Source of the DNA: an uncultured Flavobacteriaceae bacterium
Lineage (GTDB): Bacteria > Bacteroidota > Bacteroidia > NS11-12g > UBA955
Assembly (NCBI GenBank): GCA_964475595.1
Contig: CAYYXG010000009.1
Coordinates: 9,023 to 73,022, forward strand
Reading direction: 5' to 3'
Length of the DNA stretch: 64,000 bases
The notes under the pieces were generated by a model that saw nothing but the letters and a program-made list of their open reading frames with translations, had not been told where the DNA came from and ran no database searches. Of the stretch, positions 59,387 to 64,000 are shown piece after piece (position 1 is the stretch's first letter; each line of letters opens with the position of its first letter). Position numbers and translations under genes: made by a program.

Positions 59387-60223
59387 ATGGCAGTTAAACG
59401 TTTAAATCCAACTACGCCCGGTCAACGGTTTCACATAGCAAATTCATTTGCTGAAATCACAGCGGATAAACCGGAAAAATCCCTGATTGTTCCCATTAAG
59501 AAGTCAGGAGGAAGAAATAATCAAGGACGCATGACCATGCGTTTCATAGGAGGCGGTCACAAGAGACGCTACCGTTTGATTGACTTTAAAAGAGCCAATC
59601 ATGGTGTTGCAGGTGAAGTTCTGACCGTAGAATATGATCCCAATCGCAGTGCATTTATTTCTTTGGTACAATATGCCGATGGTGATAAAAGATACATCAT
59701 TGCGCCCAATGGTATCAAAGTAGGTCAAAAAATTGAACAGGGTCCCAGTGTTCCTCCAGAAGTTGGCAATGCTATGCCGATGTCTGAAATACCATTGGGC
59801 TCATTGATTCACAATATTGAAATGTCTCCCGGACAGGGTGCAAAAATCTGCAGAAGTGCCGGTTCATACGCACAATTACTGGGTCGTGAAGATAAATACG
59901 CTACTATCAAATTGCCTTCCGGTGAAATGAGGAAAGTTTTGTCTGCATGCTTGGCTACTATTGGTTCTGTAAGCAACAGTGAACACAACCTTACGCGCAA
60001 AGGCAAAGCCGGCAGAAGTCGCTGGATGGGTATTCGTCCACGCACCAGAAGTACCGCTATGAACCCTGTGGATCATCCTATGGGTGGTGGTGAAGGCCGT
60101 AATAAAGGTGGACAGGCAAGATCAAGAAACCTGATTTATTCACAAGGTCAGAAAACACGTGCGCCTAAAAAAGCCACGAGCAGACTGATCATTGAACGTA
60201 GAAAAAGTAAGAGGAATAAATAA
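59387..60223 (+). CDS. rplB: 50S ribosomal protein L2
   Basis: GGGHKRRYR ... [12 protein letters not shown]. Confidence 0.98.
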   Translation: MAVKRLNPTTPGQRFHIANSFAEITADKPEKSLIVPIKKSGGRNNQGRMTMRFIGGGHKRRYRLIDFKRANHGVAGEVLTVEYDPNRSAFISLVQYADGDKRYIIAPNGIKVGQKIEQGPSVPPEVGNAMPMSEIPLGSLIHNIEMSPGQGAKICRSAGSYAQLLGREDKYATIKLPSGEMRKVLSACLATIGSVSNSEHNLTRKGKAGRSRWMGIRPRTRSTAMNPVDHPMGGGEGRNKGGQARSRNLIYSQGQKTRAPKKATSRLIIERRKSKRNK

Positions 60224-60236
60224 TAATTAAAAGAAA

Positions 60237-60494
60237 ATGGCAAGGTCAGTAAAAAAAGGACCCTTTGTAGATTATAAATTGATGCGTAAGGTTACCGTTT
60301 TGAATGAAGGTAACAAGAAATCAGTAGTAAAAACCTGGTCGCGTCGCAGCATGATTCTCCCCGATTTTGTGGGACACACATTTGCTGTGCACAACGGAAA
60401 CAAATTCATTCCGGTTTATGTGACTGAGAATATGGTAGGTCATAAGTTGGGTGAATTTGCTCCAACACGTACTTTCAAAGGTCATAGCAAGTAA
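60237..60494 (+). CDS. rpsS: 30S ribosomal protein S19
   Basis: [12 protein letters not shown] ... [10 protein letters not shown]. Confidence 0.97.
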   Translation: MARSVKKGPFVDYKLMRKVTVLNEGNKKSVVKTWSRRSMILPDFVGHTFAVHNGNKFIPVYVTENMVGHKLGEFAPTRTFKGHSK

Positions 60495-60510
60495 TACGGA
60501 GAGAAACAAA

Positions 60511-60876
60511 ATGGAAGCTAAAGCAATTTTGAGAAACTGCCCACTATCGCCTCGCAAAATGCGCATGGTAGCCGATTTGGTACGTGGTCAGAAAGTAGAA
60601 CGTGCACTCAATATACTGCAGTGGAATCAAAAGCCGGGCTATGCCCTCTTTTTGAGCAAACTAATCCGCAGCGGTGTAGCAAACTGGAGTCAGATTAATT
60701 CCGGTGAGAGAATCGAAGACAGTGATTTGTATGTAAAATCAATTTTGGTAGATGGTGGTGTTACCATGAAGCGTCTCCGCACTGCTCCTCAGGGAAGAGG
60801 TTACAGACAGCGTAAACGCAGTAATCATGTAACTATTACCATTGATACTGTAACAAAAAGTGAGGTAAATAACTAA
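60511..60876 (+). CDS. rplV: 50S ribosomal protein L22
   Basis: [26 protein letters not shown]; start at internal ATG. Confidence 0.95.
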   Translation: MEAKAILRNCPLSPRKMRMVADLVRGQKVERALNILQWNQKPGYALFLSKLIRSGVANWSQINSGERIEDSDLYVKSILVDGGVTMKRLRTAPQGRGYRQRKRSNHVTITIDTVTKSEVNN

Positions 60877-60877
60877 T

Positions 60878-61630
60878 ATGGGACAAAAGGTAAACCCAAT
60901 AGGATTGCGTCTTGGAATTATACGTGGTTGGGATTCTAACTGGTATGGTGGTAAAGACTACGGTGATAAACTGGTAGAAGACGAGAAAATCCGCAAATAT
61001 CTGCGTGTACGTATTCCTAAAGGCGGAATAGCAAAAGTGGTAATTGAGCGTACTTTAAAGCGCATCACCATCACTATTCACACATCAAGACCCGGAATTG
61101 TTATCGGACGTGGTGGACAGGAAGTTGATACCATCCGTGAGGAAATTCGCAAGATTACAGGTAAAGATGTTCAGATAAACATTAATGAAATCAAAAGGCC
61201 TGAACTTGATGCCCAATTGGTGGGTGAAAATATTGCACAGCAGATTGAAAACCGTTTTTCCTATAAACGTGCCGTAAAAAATGCCATTCAGAGTAGCATG
61301 AAAATGGGAGCTGAAGGGATAAAGGTTAGAATCAGTGGTCGTTTGAATGGAGGTGAAATTGCTCGTTCTGAAATGTACAAAGATGGACGTACCCCATTGC
61401 ATACGCTCAGAAGCAACATCGATTATGCAATCGTTGAGGCACAAACCGTTTATGGTAAAATCGGTATTAAAGTTTGGCTTTGTCGTGGAGAAATTTATGG
61501 TAAGGTTGATCTTGCACCACAAGTTGACACAGAAAGAAAGCGTGACGGCGGCAGAGGTCGTGATGACAGAGGAAGAGATCGTGACAGAGGCCCTCGTTCA
61601 GGCGGAGGAGATCGTCGCAAACGCAAATAA
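60878..61630 (+). CDS. rpsC: 30S ribosomal protein S3 (RG-rich C-terminal tail)
   Basis: [14 protein letters not shown]...; KH domain. Confidence 0.97.
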   Translation: MGQKVNPIGLRLGIIRGWDSNWYGGKDYGDKLVEDEKIRKYLRVRIPKGGIAKVVIERTLKRITITIHTSRPGIVIGRGGQEVDTIREEIRKITGKDVQININEIKRPELDAQLVGENIAQQIENRFSYKRAVKNAIQSSMKMGAEGIKVRISGRLNGGEIARSEMYKDGRTPLHTLRSNIDYAIVEAQTVYGKIGIKVWLCRGEIYGKVDLAPQVDTERKRDGGRGRDDRGRDRDRGPRSGGGDRRKRK

Positions 61631-61652
61631 TTTAGATTTAAAGGAATAAACA

Positions 61653-62078
61653 ATGCTTAGCCCAAAAAGAACCAAATATAGAAAGCAGCAGAAAGGCCGT
61701 GTTAAAGGTGTTGCCACCCGCGGACACAGAGTTGATTTCGGTAGTTTCGGACTCAAAAGTCTGGAGCCTCACTGGATTACGGCTCGTCAGATTGAAGCGG
61801 CCCGTATTGCATTGACCCGTTATCTTAAACGTGAGGGTCAGGTATGGATTCGTATTTTTCCGGACAAGCCGGTAACTAAGAAGCCAGCTGAAGTGCGTAT
61901 GGGTAAAGGTAAAGGAGCACCAGAATATTGGGTTGCTACCGTTAAACCTGGTACCATTATGTTTGAAGTAAGTGGTGTTCCGTTGGAAACCGCAAAGGAA
62001 GGAATGAGACTGGCCGCCCAAAAGCTTCCTATAACCACCAAGTTTGTTGTACGCCCTGATTTTGCTGAGGAGGCATAA
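61653..62078 (+). CDS. rplP: 50S ribosomal protein L16
   Basis: [16 protein letters not shown]. Confidence 0.97.
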   Translation: MLSPKRTKYRKQQKGRVKGVATRGHRVDFGSFGLKSLEPHWITARQIEAARIALTRYLKREGQVWIRIFPDKPVTKKPAEVRMGKGKGAPEYWVATVKPGTIMFEVSGVPLETAKEGMRLAAQKLPITTKFVVRPDFAEEA

Positions 62079-62080
62079 AA

Positions 62081-62317
62081 ATGAAAAACGAAGAAATTAA
62101 AGGAATGTCAAACAAGGAACTGGTAACCGCCTATAAAGAAGAACGTATGCGTTATCAAAAGATGAAGTTCCAAAATACAGTTTCTCAGATTGAACAACCC
62201 CACAAATTGTCGATTACCCGTAAAAGCATTGCAAGAATGCTTACCGAATTGAACAATCGCAGGATCCATGCTGAGTTGGCTGCTTACATGAAAAAGAATA
62301 ACGGAGATAATAACTAA
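62081..62317 (+). CDS. rpmC: 50S ribosomal protein L29
   Basis: 78 aa, helical. ELNNRR; position between rplP and rpsQ. Confidence 0.9.
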   Translation: MKNEEIKGMSNKELVTAYKEERMRYQKMKFQNTVSQIEQPHKLSITRKSIARMLTELNNRRIHAELAAYMKKNNGDNN

Positions 62318-62577
62318 TGGAAATAGCAAGGAATTCACGCAAGGAAATTACCGGCACGGTGACCAGTACCAAGATGGATAAGACCATCGTAGTATCGGTT
62401 GTTCGTAACGTGAAACACCCCAAATACGGTAAGTATTTCAAGAAGACCAAGAAATACACAGCGCACGATGAGTCAAATCAGTGTGGTGAGAATGATATTG
62501 TTCGCATCATGGAAACTCGTCCAATGAGCAAAACCAAACGTTGGAGATTGGTCGAAGTAGTAGAAAAAGCTAAATAA
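62317..62577 (+). CDS. rpsQ: 30S ribosomal protein S17
   Basis: [19 protein letters not shown]. Confidence 0.95.
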   Translation: MEIARNSRKEITGTVTSTKMDKTIVVSVVRNVKHPKYGKYFKKTKKYTAHDESNQCGENDIVRIMETRPMSKTKRWRLVEVVEKAK

Positions 62578-62578
62578 A

Positions 62579-62947
62579 ATGGTACAACAAGAATCAAGAC
62601 TAAAAGTTGCCGACAACAGTGGTGCCCGTGAGGTGCTTTGCATTCGAGTGCTCGGTGGATCAGGCCGTCGTTATGCATCTGTAGGAGATAAAATCGTGGT
62701 AAGCGTAAAAGATGCTATGCCAGGTGGTGGTGTGAAAAAAGGTGCCGTTTCTAAGGCAGTTGTTGTTCGCGTTAAAAAAGAAGTTCGTCGTCCTGATGGT
62801 TCTTATATTCGTTTCGATGAGAACAGCTGTGTTCTTTTGAATGCTTCAGATGAGCCCAGAGGTACCCGTATTTTCGGACCGGTTGCCAGAGAGCTTCGCG
62901 ACAAACAGTTCATGAAAATCGTTTCACTTGCACCCGAGGTGCTTTAA
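62579..62947 (+). CDS. rplN: 50S ribosomal protein L14
   Basis: [16 protein letters not shown]. Confidence 0.97.
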   Translation: MVQQESRLKVADNSGAREVLCIRVLGGSGRRYASVGDKIVVSVKDAMPGGGVKKGAVSKAVVVRVKKEVRRPDGSYIRFDENSCVLLNASDEPRGTRIFGPVARELRDKQFMKIVSLAPEVL

Positions 62948-62953
62948 TCAACA

Positions 62954-63280
62954 TTGAAAGTGTCAAAAGTTAAATTGCATATCAAAAAAGGAGATACTGT
63001 TAAAGTTATTTCTGGCGATGACAAAGGAAAAACCGGTAAGGTATTGAAAGTTATTGTATCAGATAACCGTGCCCTGGTGGAAGGTTTAAATATCGTAACC
63101 AAGCACCGCAAACCAACCGCCCAAAATACCGGTGGTAAAATAGACAAAGTGGAGGCTCCCATTCATATCTCAAACCTAATGGTGGTGGTAGGTGGAAAGC
63201 CTACCCGCATTGGCAGAAAACTGAATGATGAAGGAAAGCTCCAAAGAGTAGCCCGTAAAACCGGAGAATTTATTAAATAA
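62954..63280 (+). CDS. rplX: 50S ribosomal protein L24
   Basis: [24 protein letters not shown] (KOW motif). Confidence 0.95.
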   Translation: MKVSKVKLHIKKGDTVKVISGDDKGKTGKVLKVIVSDNRALVEGLNIVTKHRKPTAQNTGGKIDKVEAPIHISNLMVVVGGKPTRIGRKLNDEGKLQRVARKTGEFIK

Positions 63281-63291
63281 GAATTAAAAAG

Positions 63292-63843
63292 ATGAGTTAT
63301 AAACCGCTTCTGCAAACACGCTACGAAGAAGTTGTTGTGCCGGCTCTTAAAGAGAAATTCGGCTACAAAAATGTAATGGAAATGCCCCGTCTGGTTAAGG
63401 TTAGCCTCAATCAAGGTGTAGGTGCTGCAGTGAATGATAAAAAACTGGTGGATGCCGCTGTTGAAGAAATGACCAAAATTTCTGGTCAAAGAGCCCAAGC
63501 CACTTTTTCACGAAAGGCCATTTCAAACTTTAAATTACGCGAGAATATGCCTATCGGCGCAAGGGTAACCCTTCGTAAAGAGGCTATGTATGATTTTATA
63601 CACCGCTTAATTAGTATCGCGTTGCCTCGTGTACGTGATTTTCAGGGTCTTAATGTAAAAGGATTTGATGGGCGTGGAAACTTCAACATGGGTATCACCG
63701 AACAGATCATTTTCCCTGAAATTGATATTGATAAAGTTAACAGAATCACCGGTATGGATATCACCATCGTTACTACGGCCAAAACAGACGAAGAATGTTT
63801 GGAGTTGTTAAAATTGATGGGTTTCCCCTTTAAAAGTAAATAA
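63292..63843 (+). CDS. rplE: 50S ribosomal protein L5
   Basis: 183 aa; [15 protein letters not shown]. Confidence 0.96.
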   Translation: MSYKPLLQTRYEEVVVPALKEKFGYKNVMEMPRLVKVSLNQGVGAAVNDKKLVDAAVEEMTKISGQRAQATFSRKAISNFKLRENMPIGARVTLRKEAMYDFIHRLISIALPRVRDFQGLNVKGFDGRGNFNMGITEQIIFPEIDIDKVNRITGMDITIVTTAKTDEECLELLKLMGFPFKSK

Positions 63844-63848
63844 TATAC

Positions 63849-64000
63849 ATGGCAAAAGAATCCATAAAGGCCAGACAGCGTAAGCGTGAAGCACTGGTTG
63901 CTCGCTTTGCAGAAAAACGGGCCGCATTGAAAGCAGAAGGAAATTATGAAGCGTTACAGCGCATTCCAAGAAACGCGTCACCTGTTCGCTTGCGCAATAG
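63849..64000 (+). CDS. rpsN: 30S ribosomal protein S14, N-terminal part (runs off window)
   Basis: [28 protein letters not shown]. Confidence 0.85.
   Translation, partial: MAKESIKARQRKREALVARFAEKRAALKAEGNYEALQRIPRNASPVRLRN

Overview
This 64 kb window looks like a Bacteroidetes chromosomal segment, most likely Sphingobacteriia/Chitinophagia-like. Baseline GC is about 45-50 %, promoters look like the TTG/TAnnTTTG type, lipoproteins and T9SS-type C-terminal sorting tails are frequent, and no Shine-Dalgarno dependence is evident. The 3' third (54.4-64 kb) is the conserved str/S10/spc ribosomal-protein operon: rpsL-rpsG-fusA-rpsJ-rplC-rplD-rplW-rplB-rpsS-rplV-rpsC-rplP-rpmC-rpsQ-rplN-rplX-rplE-rpsN'. 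The rest is mostly housekeeping: tgt', lptF/G, rlmI, nif3, dnaK, panB, fsa, queD, folE, glyQS, pgk, corA, ribF, cmk, tpiA, truA, thiolase, yebC, a TonB-dependent receptor and tRNA-His. Several accessory patches stand out, listed here by position. (1) 1573-5027: a tandem paralogous lipoprotein pair in operon with a T9SS-tailed S8 protease. (2) 17.3-18.8 kb: an orphan two-gene module downstream of tRNA-His. (3) 19.2-24.9 kb: a GT4/AsnB/flippase/PPTase/WD40 envelope-glycan cluster whose GT4 gene lacks a canonical start codon. (4) 24.9-28.1 kb: a sharply AT-rich (about 25-30 % GC) three-gene island encoding a lipoprotein, a large secreted beta-rich protein and a LamG-domain lipoprotein. (5) 29585-30151: a solitary REP-associated tyrosine transposase (RAYT, IS200-like HuH). 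(6) 33004-33778: 3 kb away from the RAYT, an intergenic region packed with GACCCC-NNN-GGGGTC hairpins, two 81-bp direct repeats and heptamer microsatellites. (7) 41068-45618: a 1516-aa secreted giant protein. The AT-rich island, the tRNA-His module and the giant protein are the best candidates for undescribed biology. All calls rest on reading the translations and the sequence; no database search was possible.
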